Of a DNA stretch of 46,845 bases, positions 32,199 to 40,929 are shown piece by piece. Where the stretch lies: assembly GCA_035685585.1 (NCBI GenBank), contig DASSAH010000346.1, positions 1-46,845 of the forward strand. Reading direction: 5' to 3'. The stretch's first letter is position 1. Each line of letters begins with the position of its first letter. The notes under the pieces are model-generated. The model worked only from the letters and a program-made list of their open reading frames with translations. It did no database searches and was not told the DNA's origin. Origin of the DNA: Coriobacteriia bacterium. GTDB taxonomy: Bacteria; Actinomycetota; Coriobacteriia; Anaerosomatales; SLCP01. Made by a program: the position numbers and the translations under genes.

Positions 32199-33695
32199 AT
32201 GGCGACGGCGCTTACGCTACAGACGATTTTCTCCGCCGTCGACCGGCTCACCGGCCCCGCGAGAACCATCTTTGGCAGGGTCGACAAAGACGCCAAGTCT
32301 GCGACCGCCCGCTTTAGAAAGATGGCGGACGTCGCCGCCGGCTTCTTGGCGGCGAACGTCATTCAGCGCGGCATCACCAAGATTGCCGAGATCGCGCGCG
32401 AAAGCCTGAAACTATCCACCGACCTGATTGAAGTCCAGAACGTCGTCGATACGACCTTCGGTGGCATGAGCGCCACAATCAACGAGTGGGCTAACGGCGC
32501 CCTGCAGCAGTTCGGGCTCACCGAGCTGCAGGCAAAGCAATTTTCCGGCACGATGGGCGCGATGCTCAAGAGTTCCGGCCTATCCGGCGACCAAATGGTC
32601 AGAATGTCAACCGACCTCTCCGGCCTCGCCGGCGACTTCGCCAGTTTCTACAATCTCGACCACGAGGAAGCGTTCACAAAAATCCGCTCCGGTATCTCCG
32701 GAGAGACGGAGCCGCTCAAGCAGCTCGGCATCAACATGAGCGTCGCCAATATGCAGGCGTTCGCGCTTGCGCGGGGCGTGCGAAAGCAGTGGGCCGCCAT
32801 GTCTCAGAGCGAGCAGACGCTTCTGCGCTACGAGTACCTCATGGAGAAAGCCGCCGACGCGCAGGGCGACTTCGCGAAAACCTCACGAACGAGCCTTGCC
32901 AATCAGCAACGCCTGCTAAACAGCAACGTCCTGCAGATCACCTCGCGCTTTCTAAGTGCATTCCAGCCTCTCCTGCTCGCCTATGTCACGAAGCTGAACG
33001 ACGCGATCCCGAAACTGGCGGCATGGGTCGAGGCCAATAAGGATCTGATCGCGACTCGCGTCGACGAGTTCGTCAAGCGCGTCGGTGAGTTTGCCGAGAA
33101 CGCCTGGAATACCTACAACAAACTCAACGATACGTTTGACGGAAAGCTCATCCCCACCATTTTCAAGGTCATCCTCGCATGGAAAGCGCTCCGCCTCGCC
33201 ATCGACGCGGCGAAGATTGCGCAGATAGCCTACAACACAGTCGCGGGACTTGGCGCAGGCGGTGCTGCGGCGAAAGTAGCGGGCGTAGCCAGCGGGGCTA
33301 CGGGCACGGGCACGGCGCTGGGCGGAGCGATGGCGGCCCCCTTGCTCGGCGCGGGCGTCGCGATGGGCGCCGGAGTGCTTCCTCTCGTCACCAACTCCAA
33401 GGGGTTTTTCGCATCCGCGCGCTCTGGTGAGAACATGCAGGGCGGCAACTTCATCACGAACATCCTTTCGCGCCTCGCGGGAGCTGGCCTTAGCATCAAC
33501 GACAGGCTGAGTGGCCGTGCGCCGATGGCCCCTGCGGGCGGCGGGACGGAAAATATCTCCCGCTCTGCGGTCGACGTCAATTTCAACAACCCGCCCCCTG
33601 GGACGGCAATCAGGCAGAGGGGACACTCCCCTGATGTCAACGTCGCCGTCGGTAGCGCCTTCCATCGCGGCGGCCTTCTCGGGAGGGCGTACTAA
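32199..33695 (+). CDS. Tail tape measure protein
   Basis: 498 aa, helical and Gly/Ala-rich, located after the chaperone pair. Lower GC than its neighbours. Confidence 0.85.
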   Translation: MATALTLQTIFSAVDRLTGPARTIFGRVDKDAKSATARFRKMADVAAGFLAANVIQRGITKIAEIARESLKLSTDLIEVQNVVDTTFGGMSATINEWANGALQQFGLTELQAKQFSGTMGAMLKSSGLSGDQMVRMSTDLSGLAGDFASFYNLDHEEAFTKIRSGISGETEPLKQLGINMSVANMQAFALARGVRKQWAAMSQSEQTLLRYEYLMEKAADAQGDFAKTSRTSLANQQRLLNSNVLQITSRFLSAFQPLLLAYVTKLNDAIPKLAAWVEANKDLIATRVDEFVKRVGEFAENAWNTYNKLNDTFDGKLIPTIFKVILAWKALRLAIDAAKIAQIAYNTVAGLGAGGAAAKVAGVASGATGTGTALGGAMAAPLLGAGVAMGAGVLPLVTNSKGFFASARSGENMQGGNFITNILSRLAGAGLSINDRLSGRAPMAPAGGGTENISRSAVDVNFNNPPPGTAIRQRGHSPDVNVAVGSAFHRGGLLGRAY

Positions 33696-34906
33696 TGCCC
33701 TACGCCGACCGCCTGCGTACAGCCCGCTACCGCAGCCCGAGCGGCTCCGAAATCACATTCTCTTTCCGCGAGCTCCAGCGGTCGAGTGGACACAAGGGCG
33801 GCCCGCACGAGGCCCCGCAGTCTGACGATGCGATCGTCCAAGACCTCGGCGTCAGCGCGCTGCACTTCTCGGTCGAGGCGACGATTCACGGCCCCGACTA
33901 CGACCAGGACGCCGACCGCTTTTTCGATATGCTCCGCGAGTCCGGCTATGGCGTGCTCCTGCACCCGCGCTGGGGCGACATCAACGTCCTGCCGGTCACG
34001 TTCCTGCAGCGCGAGGCTTTCGTCGACGGCGCCGGGTCCGCGCAGTTTGACATCGACTTTGTGCGCGTTCCCGACGTTCAGATCCCCGCGACCAGCGGGG
34101 CCGCTGCTCTTGCCGACGACGCCGAGACTGCCGCCGCGGCGGCGAGCGAGCAGTGCGCCGTCGCCCCGAGCACCGCCGCGCAGGTCGCCGCCGTCACGCA
34201 GAGTTTCACTGCGCAGGTGGTCGAGTTCCGCGGGCGCGTGACGACGATGCTCGCGCGAGCGGGCAGCCTCGCGACTGATTTTGAGAGCGCGTACACCGCG
34301 TTTACCGACACGCTCGGGACGCTGCTGCTCGACCCCGTGGCGCTCGCGGACGCCTATATCGCGCTCGTGCGGATCCCTGCGCAGGCGATTATCTCGATTC
34401 CGACCAAGGCGCGCGCCTACACGGACACGCTGCTCGCCATGACCGCATCGGCGCTGACGGTAGGCGCGTCCGAGCCGGAGGCCGCCGCCCGCGTGCTCCA
34501 GTACCTCGCGACGCTCATCGGTCTGGCCGAGAGCGTGATCGAGGGCGACCTGTCCACGCGCACCGACGCGCTCACCGTCGTCGACGTGCTGGTCGACGCG
34601 CTCGAGGCCGCGCTCGCCGCGATCGAGGCCGACGAGGCCGCGACCGGCTACGTCGCCACAGCCGAGGTCGTGACGCGGGCCCGCTCGCTCGTCGCTCAGG
34701 CGCAGGCGCTCATGCTCGCGCGGTCGTTCGGTCTGGCCGTCGAGCGCCGCATCGTGCTTACCGAGGACGCGACGCCGCTCGATCTCGTCTGGCAGTTCTA
34801 CGCCGACCTCGAGCGGCTCGACGAGTTTATCGCGCACAACGCGCTCGCCGACGACGAGATCTGGCTGATCCCGCGCGGCCGGGAGGTCCGGTACTATGCC
34901 GCGTAA
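33695..34906 (+). CDS. DNA circularisation protein N-like tail/baseplate protein (Mu gpN family)
   Basis: The N-terminus MPYADRLRTARYRSPSGSEITFSF is characteristic of the DNA_circ_N family. Located after the tape-measure gene. Confidence 0.75.
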   Translation: MPYADRLRTARYRSPSGSEITFSFRELQRSSGHKGGPHEAPQSDDAIVQDLGVSALHFSVEATIHGPDYDQDADRFFDMLRESGYGVLLHPRWGDINVLPVTFLQREAFVDGAGSAQFDIDFVRVPDVQIPATSGAAALADDAETAAAAASEQCAVAPSTAAQVAAVTQSFTAQVVEFRGRVTTMLARAGSLATDFESAYTAFTDTLGTLLLDPVALADAYIALVRIPAQAIISIPTKARAYTDTLLAMTASALTVGASEPEAAARVLQYLATLIGLAESVIEGDLSTRTDALTVVDVLVDALEAALAAIEADEAATGYVATAEVVTRARSLVAQAQALMLARSFGLAVERRIVLTEDATPLDLVWQFYADLERLDEFIAHNALADDEIWLIPRGREVRYYAA

Positions 34907-35951
34907 CGACAAAATCCGCCTCGTGCTCGGCACGCGCGATGTCGTGGGCTGGACCGGCGCCTCGGTCGAGATGGCGATTGACCAGGTCGCCGACGCCTGC
35001 GCGTTCACATTCCCGCTCGACCTGCGCCTCTCGAATCTGCGCGACGTGTTTGTCCCGTTCGAGTACCAGCCGCTCAAGGTCTACATCGACGACGAAATCC
35101 TGCTGACGGGGCGCGCCGAAAAGCTCGCTCCGAAAACCGATGCGGGCGAGACGACGCTCGAGCTCCAGGGCCGCGCGCTCCCGGGCTCCCTGGTCGACTG
35201 CGCCGTCGTCGGTGCTCTCGAGTTCACCGGCCTCGCGTTCTCCACAATCTGCAAACAGGTCTGCCGCCCGTTTGGCGTAGACGTTCGCGCCGACAACGAC
35301 ACAGACCCGATCGACCTTGCCCGCGCCTCCTACGGCCAGCGGGCGGCGGACTTTCTTCTCGACCTCGCGCGCCCGCGTAACCTTTTTCTCAATTCCAGCT
35401 ATGACGGCAAGCTCGTCATTTCCTGGGGCCACGATCTCGTGCGCCGCCCCGTGGTAGCGTCGCTCGTCGAGGGCGAGCACCCGCTGCTGTCGGTCGCCGC
35501 GTCGTTTGACGGGACCGGCCGCTTCTCGCGCTACATCGCAGCGACCCAGTTTGCGGGCGAGTCGAGCATCGCGAGCGAGGTCGCGGACCCCGGCGTGCCG
35601 ATCTACCGCCCGCAGGCGCTTGCCGTCAAAGACGTGTCCACGAAAGCCGTCGAAGGCGGCGCGGTCGAGCCGGACGCCTGCCTCGCGGCGCGTCAGGCGA
35701 TGGTCGCCGCGATCGCTGGCTCCGTGCAGGTGTCCGCGACCGTCTCGGGCTGGAGCCGCCCGGACGGCGAGCGATGGGCCGAGCGGCAAATGGTCACGCT
35801 CCGCGCCCCCGGCGCGATGCTCCCCGTCGAGCGCAAATGGCTCATCGCCGGCGCGTCGTTCCGGCTCGAGGCCGGCTCGCAGACCGTCGACCTGCGCCTC
35901 GTGATGCCCGAGACATACGCGGGGCAGGCGCCCGAGGTGCTACCGTGGTAG
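34896..35951 (+). CDS. Baseplate hub protein (Mu gpP / gp44-like)
   Basis: 351 aa, synteny N-P-gp45-gp46-gp47-gp48. Confidence 0.75.
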   Translation: MPRNDKIRLVLGTRDVVGWTGASVEMAIDQVADACAFTFPLDLRLSNLRDVFVPFEYQPLKVYIDDEILLTGRAEKLAPKTDAGETTLELQGRALPGSLVDCAVVGALEFTGLAFSTICKQVCRPFGVDVRADNDTDPIDLARASYGQRAADFLLDLARPRNLFLNSSYDGKLVISWGHDLVRRPVVASLVEGEHPLLSVAASFDGTGRFSRYIAATQFAGESSIASEVADPGVPIYRPQALAVKDVSTKAVEGGAVEPDACLAARQAMVAAIAGSVQVSATVSGWSRPDGERWAERQMVTLRAPGAMLPVERKWLIAGASFRLEAGSQTVDLRLVMPETYAGQAPEVLPW

Positions 35952-36439
35952 CCGAGTTGCTCAAGTTCGCGCGCACGACGATCTCGCGTTACCACAGCGC
36001 GCCGGGGAACGTCGTCAACGCGAACGGCACCGGGATCGGCGGCGTCTCGCACGACGCGGAAATGTACAGCGTCCCGGGCGTGTTTTCGCGCCCGCGCCCC
36101 GGGGCTCGTGGAGTACTCGTCGAGGTCGGCCGCGGCCTGATCGTGGTCGCGACGCACGACTACCGGGTCAACATCAACATCAGCGAAGGCGAGACGGCGA
36201 TCTACTCGCAGGCCGCAGACGGCAGCGTGCAGGCGCGCATCGACCTCGACGCGGCCGGAAAAGTCGGCGTGTCGAACGCGGCGGGCAAGGATCTCAAGGT
36301 GATTCTGACCGCGCTGATCCAGCACATACGCGACCTCGTGACGACAAACTGCGCCGTCGGCGCTCCGGTCAACCTATCGCCGGCGACGATCGCGACGCTG
36401 AACGCGGATATCGTGGAGTTGGGGGCCATCCTGAAATGA
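35945..36439 (+). CDS. Baseplate spike/assembly protein (Mu gp45-like)
   Basis: GTG at 35945, in frame with ORF 35774..36439. Synteny. The start is uncertain by a few codons. Confidence 0.65.
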   Translation: MVAELLKFARTTISRYHSAPGNVVNANGTGIGGVSHDAEMYSVPGVFSRPRPGARGVLVEVGRGLIVVATHDYRVNINISEGETAIYSQAADGSVQARIDLDAAGKVGVSNAAGKDLKVILTALIQHIRDLVTTNCAVGAPVNLSPATIATLNADIVELGAILK

Positions 36440-36867
36440 CCTACGACGGCGACCTGCTGCTGACCATGACCGAGGACGGCGCGGACATAGACGTTGTCGC
36501 CGGGCAGCCAGGAATGGACGGCGGCCTGAGCACGGCGGTCCTGCTCTCGCTGTGGACGCTCCCTGGCTGGTGGGGCGACGCGCTGACCGACGACCCCGCC
36601 GAGAAGGGCGGCTGTGATCTTGAGACCGCGCTACAGGGCACGCTCTCCGTGCAGACGATGCTGGATGCCGAGGAATCCGTGCGCAAAGCCCTCGCGTGGC
36701 TCGTGACCGCCGGGATCGCCGCGCGCGTGACGGTCGCCGGGCAGATCCCGCGGGCCGACGTGCTGTATCTGACGATCACGATAGACGAGCCGTCCGGGAC
36801 CGCCGCGAGCCTGCGCTACTCGCTCAACTGGCGCAATCAGAGCGCGCGACTGGAGGCGCTGACGTGA
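36436..36867 (+). CDS. Baseplate protein (Mu gp46 family)
   Basis: MTYDGDLLLT...DIDVVAGQP...GGLSTAVLLSLWT is typical of the GP46 family. Confidence 0.75.
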   Translation: MTYDGDLLLTMTEDGADIDVVAGQPGMDGGLSTAVLLSLWTLPGWWGDALTDDPAEKGGCDLETALQGTLSVQTMLDAEESVRKALAWLVTAGIAARVTVAGQIPRADVLYLTITIDEPSGTAASLRYSLNWRNQSARLEALT

Positions 36868-36868
36868 G
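36852..36868 (+). repeat. Duplicated gene-junction sequence, copy 1 (ggaggcGctgacgtgaG)
   Basis: 15/17 identical to 37121..37137. Both copies encode ...EALT-stop overlapping a GTG start. Confidence 0.8.
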
Positions 36869-37136
36869 CCGTTGGCATGTCGGGTTCTACCCTGATGGCT
36901 CGTGGTGGACGCTCCAACTCTGGCGCTTGGAGTTCACGTATCGGCCATGCACGCTCGTGCACAAGCGGCACCCCCAAGTCAGCGAGGCCCCCGGCGTGTG
37001 GATCTTCGAGTGGGGTTACTGGCATGTCTGCTGGTGGCGGCGCTGGATCGTTTGGAAAGACCACGAGTGCCGGTGGGCGAACATCAAGCGATATGACCAA
37101 TTCGGCACGTTCGCAAGAGCGGAGGCCCTGACGTGA
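36864..37136 (+). CDS. Trp-rich hypothetical protein (90 aa, 12 Trp) inserted between gp46-like and gp47-like genes
   Basis: GTGA overlaps at both ends. VSRWHVGFYPDGSWWTLQLWRLEF...WIFEWGYWHVCWWRRWIVWK. Flanked by a duplicated junction sequence. Confidence 0.55.
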   Translation: MSRWHVGFYPDGSWWTLQLWRLEFTYRPCTLVHKRHPQVSEAPGVWIFEWGYWHVCWWRRWIVWKDHECRWANIKRYDQFGTFARAEALT

Positions 37137-37137
37137 C
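37121..37137 (+). repeat. Duplicated gene-junction sequence, copy 2 (ggaggcCctgacgtgaC)
   Basis: See 36852..36868. Confidence 0.8.
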
Positions 37138-38221
37138 CATTCCCACAACCGCCGCAATCAAGGCGCAGATCATCGCGGACATCGAGGCGGCGCTCGGGCA
37201 GACGACGCCGATCCTCCCCAAAGCCGCATGGCGCGTGCTCGCTGGCGCTCTCGCGGGACAGCAATCCCTCGGCTACCGCTTCGCGCTCTGGGCTTACCGC
37301 CAGATTTTCGCCGCAACCGCCGACGAGGCTGCGCTGCTCGCCCGCGGCGCGCAGTACGGGCTCTCGCCCTCCCCCGCCGTCGCCGCGATCCTCACCGCCG
37401 ACGCGACCGGCACGACCGGCGTCACGATCCCCGCCGGGACGCTCTGGGCCGCCGGGACGCTGGTCTACTCGCAGACCGCCGACGTCGAGATCCTCGCTGG
37501 CGTCGCGACCGTCGAGGTCGAGTGCCTGACCGCCGGCGGCGCGGGCAATCTGACCAACGGCGAGACGATCAGCCTCGCGAGCCCGATCGCGGGCGTCGAC
37601 GCCGAGGCCACGATCGCGAGCACGGTCACGACGGGCGAGGACGAGGAGGACATCGAAAGTTTCCGCGCCCAGGTCCAGGAGCGCGAGGCCCGCAGGCCGC
37701 AGGGCGGGGCCGCCGCCGACTATGTGCAGTGGGCGCTCGAGGTGCCCGGCATTGTCAAGGCGTTCGCGCACAGGATCACGCCGGGTTACGCGACCGTCTA
37801 CCCGCTCGTCGCGCTCACGGGGGCCGTCGGCGACCGCCTGCCGGACGCGAGCAAAATCGCCGAGGTGCTCGCGTACCTGTCCGACCTGCACCGCAAGCCG
37901 CTGCAGAGCACGCCGATCGTGGTCGCCATGACCGAGGTCGAGTTTGACGTCACGATCACCGGCCTCTCGCCCGACACGCCCGCGCTCCGATCGGCCATCG
38001 AGGACGCGCTCGAAGCGTACCTGCTCACGCGCTACCCGAAACAGTACCCCGACGAGACGGCGCCGACCGATGTTGTGAGCACCGCGGCGCTCTCGGGCGT
38101 CGCTGTTGACGCCGGAATGCAGAGCGGCGTGCTCACGATGGAGGTCGCGGCCGTGCCGCTGGCGACGCAGACGCTTGCCGCCGGCGAGCTTGCGATCCTC
38201 GGGACGGTGACATGGGCATAG
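37133..38221 (+). CDS. Baseplate J-like protein (Mu gp47 family)
   Basis: 362 aa, synteny and Baseplate_J-like sequence character. Confidence 0.8.
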   Translation: MTIPTTAAIKAQIIADIEAALGQTTPILPKAAWRVLAGALAGQQSLGYRFALWAYRQIFAATADEAALLARGAQYGLSPSPAVAAILTADATGTTGVTIPAGTLWAAGTLVYSQTADVEILAGVATVEVECLTAGGAGNLTNGETISLASPIAGVDAEATIASTVTTGEDEEDIESFRAQVQEREARRPQGGAAADYVQWALEVPGIVKAFAHRITPGYATVYPLVALTGAVGDRLPDASKIAEVLAYLSDLHRKPLQSTPIVVAMTEVEFDVTITGLSPDTPALRSAIEDALEAYLLTRYPKQYPDETAPTDVVSTAALSGVAVDAGMQSGVLTMEVAAVPLATQTLAAGELAILGTVTWA

Positions 38222-38817
38222 TGAGCCGATCGCTCCACCTGCTTTTCCCTCGCGGTCTCGCGCACCGCCTGCCGGGCCAGCTCGGCGCCCTCGTCGACGC
38301 GCTCGCGCTCTCGGTCAACCGCTGGCGGCTGTTCTCCCGCGGCGCGATCACGGAGAGCCTGCCGGGCACCGCCGACGAGACGCTGCCCGACTGGTACGCG
38401 GGCGCCGACGTGCCGTATGACGCTACGCTACCGCTCGCGACGCGGCAGGCGCGAATCGCGGCGGTGTACACGGCGACCGGCGGGCAGAGTTTCGGCTACC
38501 TGCAGGACCAACTACAGGCGGAGCTGCCGGACCTGTATCTGCAGGAGGCCGCGATAGAGGACCCGGGCGTCTCTGCAACATCTGGAGTCGGGCGCGCGGG
38601 GCTCATGCGCGCAGGGGCCGGGAATCCACTGCACAGCTTCTCGGTGCTCGGTTTCGTCGACACGACCGAGGAATACAACCGGATGCTCGCGATCATCGCG
38701 CGCATTTTCCCGTTGCACCTTTGGCCTGTGTTCGGCGTGTCGATCACGTCGCTACTCGGGCTCGCGCGTGCGGGTATCGCCAAGGCCGGCGTCATGCGCG
38801 CCGGCAACACTGGATAG
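38212..38817 (+). CDS. Tail protein (Mu gp48 / DUF2313-like)
   Basis: 201 aa, directly after the J-like gene. The ..LFPRG........L pattern matches this family. Confidence 0.7.
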   Translation: MGIVSRSLHLLFPRGLAHRLPGQLGALVDALALSVNRWRLFSRGAITESLPGTADETLPDWYAGADVPYDATLPLATRQARIAAVYTATGGQSFGYLQDQLQAELPDLYLQEAAIEDPGVSATSGVGRAGLMRAGAGNPLHSFSVLGFVDTTEEYNRMLAIIARIFPLHLWPVFGVSITSLLGLARAGIAKAGVMRAGNTG

Positions 38818-38838
38818 AGCGAGAGAAGGAGGCGCACG

Positions 38839-39879
38839 ATGAGGCGCACGACAGGAGCCGGGCACGTCGCGAATGAGTTTGTCGACGAGGTTCCCGGAGT
38901 TTCGCAGGGCACGACGGTAGACGCTCCCTGGCTCAATCCGGTACAGGAGGAGCTCTGCGCCGTCGTCGAGAGCGAGGGCGAATCGCTCGACGGGACCGGA
39001 GCGATCACCGATCAGGTCTGGAAAGCGATTGCCAAGCGCGTCGCGCAGCGCAGCAAGCCGCTCGGCGAGCTGTTTTTCCTCCAGGACCACCGCGCGGTCA
39101 GCGAGTGGAACGACGCCGACCCGGACGCCTATTTCGCCGGCGTCTGTCTCGACGACGGGGACAAGGACATCGCGGTCGCGAACTATCCCGACCTCGTGCC
39201 GTACCTGCTCACGCGCGTTCTCACCTACAAAGAGGGCGTCGCCGGCGAGCAGAGCACGCACAACGTCACGACATGGGCCGTCGCGGGCGGCGTGGCAACG
39301 CTGACATTCGCGAACCTCGCGCCCGAGATCGCCGTGCTCACCGCGCTCCTCGAGGACAAAGAGGTCCACGGCGGCTATGCGTCGTGGCGCTCGATCACGC
39401 TCGCGGGCGCAATCGGCAACATCCTCGCCGGGACCTACGCGATCACCGAAGTCAACGCTGTTGCGCGCACGGTCAAGTTTGCGGCAGTCGTCGGGAACGG
39501 CGGTGCGGGCGGTGCGTGGACGGTGCAGTTTTTCACGCACAAGGTAGCGGGCTCCGCTACAGCGCGCGTGTTCCAGCGGGCAGGCGGCGCGATCATGTCG
39601 GCGAACGACCCCGATAACGAGGCGGTTCCGGGGCTGCGGCGGAGAGACCGCGGGCAGGGGCACGCGCACTACGTTCGGACGAATAACTCCGCGGGAGCAG
39701 TCCTTGGCATTGCCGGCAGCGGAGCCGGGTCAACGGAGGCGGCTATCAATTTTACCATCAACCGGGCGCTGGACGTTACCACCGACGGCACCAACGGCAC
39801 GCCCCGCACCGGCAAGAGCACCGACCCGCGCAACATCACCGCGCACCTGTACGTCTGGGCGCGAACGTACATCGCATAA
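38839..39879 (+). CDS. Tail fibre / receptor-binding protein
   Basis: 346 aa, AGGAGG SD. N-terminal conserved baseplate-attachment-like segment. The C-terminal ...GKSTDPRNITAHLYVWA resembles a tail-collar motif. Confidence 0.7.
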   Translation: MRRTTGAGHVANEFVDEVPGVSQGTTVDAPWLNPVQEELCAVVESEGESLDGTGAITDQVWKAIAKRVAQRSKPLGELFFLQDHRAVSEWNDADPDAYFAGVCLDDGDKDIAVANYPDLVPYLLTRVLTYKEGVAGEQSTHNVTTWAVAGGVATLTFANLAPEIAVLTALLEDKEVHGGYASWRSITLAGAIGNILAGTYAITEVNAVARTVKFAAVVGNGGAGGAWTVQFFTHKVAGSATARVFQRAGGAIMSANDPDNEAVPGLRRRDRGQGHAHYVRTNNSAGAVLGIAGSGAGSTEAAINFTINRALDVTTDGTNGTPRTGKSTDPRNITAHLYVWARTYIA

Positions 39880-39890
39880 GGAGTCAGATC

Positions 39891-40124
39891 ATGGCCGAGC
39901 TTCGCACAGTCCTTTCCGTCGACAAGCCCGCCCCCGTCAGGGAGCCCGCCGCGATCATCGTAGGCGGCGTGCGCTATCTCACTGCCGACGCGCCGGACGG
40001 GTACGGAGGCCTGCTGTACCGCGCGCGCCTGACCGTCGAGAGCCACAACCGCGAGATCGCCGAGGGCCGCGCCGAGGGCGAGCCGTGGAGCGTCGAGGAG
40101 GAGGCCGCCGATGAGCCGAAATAG
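39891..40124 (+). CDS. Hypothetical protein (77 aa) sharing the ARLTVESHN module with the next gene
   Basis: AAGGAG SD. C-terminal LLYRARLTVESHNREIAEGRAEGEPW. Confidence 0.55.
   Translation: MAELRTVLSVDKPAPVREPAAIIVGGVRYLTADAPDGYGGLLYRARLTVESHNREIAEGRAEGEPWSVEEEAADEPK
40023..40049 (+). repeat. 27-bp perfect direct repeat, copy 1 (gcgcgcctgaccgtcgagagccacaac)
   Basis: Identical to 40369..40395. Encodes ARLTVESHN in both genes. Confidence 0.9.
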
Positions 40125-40446
40125 CGTGCTCCTGCTCGCGCTCGTCGCGCTCGTCTACGCCTGCGTGCAGCCGCCCGAGATAATCGTCGAGGCTGCCGCC
40201 GCGACCGAGCCCGAGGCGCCCGTCGTCCCGCCCGTCGTCGAGCCGGAGCCCGAGCCAGTCCCGATGCCCGCGCCCGGCCACATCTGGATCCTCGACGCGA
40301 GCGACGCGCTACTCTACGACTGCGAGGCTGGCGATTGGGCGGGCGCATACGACCAGCTCGTGCGGGCTGCGCGCCTGACCGTCGAGAGCCACAACGGCGA
40401 TTTCCCAGCCGACCCGTGGCACTACGTCGAGGGAGGCCCCGCGTGA
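40111..40446 (+). CDS. Putative lipoprotein with Pro/Glu-rich linker (111 aa)
   Basis: Signal/lipobox-like MSRNSVLLLALVALVYAC, a PEPEPVPMP linker, and a C-terminal LVRAARLTVESHNGDFPADPW module. GGAGGAGG SD. Confidence 0.55.
   Translation: MSRNSVLLLALVALVYACVQPPEIIVEAAAATEPEAPVVPPVVEPEPEPVPMPAPGHIWILDASDALLYDCEAGDWAGAYDQLVRAARLTVESHNGDFPADPWHYVEGGPA
40369..40395 (+). repeat. 27-bp perfect direct repeat, copy 2
   Basis: Identical to 40023..40049. Confidence 0.9.
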
Positions 40447-40718
40447 GCTATTCGCTGATCGTAACCGGAATTGCCGCCGTCGCGGCAGTTGTCGCCTATT
40501 TCGCGCTGAAACACGCCGCCGCGCAGGGCCGACGTGCGCAGATTGCCGAGGCTGCGGTAAAACAGCGCGAGCATCTGATCCACGCCATGCAGGAGGTAGA
40601 CCGTGAGGCCGCCGAACAGAGCCGCAAGATACATACTGGCAGCGCTGACGATCGCTTTGACGCTTCTCTCGACGTCATGCGCAACGACCCCGCTCGCCCC
40701 GGTAAGCCTGGCGCTTGA
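40443..40718 (+). CDS. i-spanin-like protein (N-terminal TM plus coiled-coil, 91 aa)
   Basis: GTG at 40443 (GTGA overlap, GGGAGG upstream). TM helix LIVTGIAAVAAVVAYFAL followed by a charged helical region. Confidence 0.55.
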   Translation: MSYSLIVTGIAAVAAVVAYFALKHAAAQGRRAQIAEAAVKQREHLIHAMQEVDREAAEQSRKIHTGSADDRFDASLDVMRNDPARPGKPGA

Positions 40719-40929
40719 CTGGCCGGTCGCCCCCGACGCGACGGGGCAGGTGTCGAAGCTCCCCGACGAGGCGACGGTGACGTTCGCCGACGGGACCGCG
40801 GCTCTCCTGCCCGCCGACACCGTGGTCATGCCGCTTGACTACTGGCTCGCGCTCGTCGACTACGTGATCGGCGTGCGTCGCGTGCAGGCGCTACTGGCGG
40901 CGGTTCACGGGCCCGTGATCGTCGAATGA
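40603..40929 (+). CDS. o-spanin-like lipoprotein, overlapping the i-spanin gene out of frame
   Basis: GTG at 40603 preceded by AGGAGG. Signal plus Cys ARYILAALTIALTLLSTSC, Pro-rich mature N-terminus. It starts inside and ends beyond the i-spanin gene (overlapped architecture). Confidence 0.5.
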   Translation: MRPPNRAARYILAALTIALTLLSTSCATTPLAPVSLALDWPVAPDATGQVSKLPDEATVTFADGTAALLPADTVVMPLDYWLALVDYVIGVRRVQALLAAVHGPVIVE

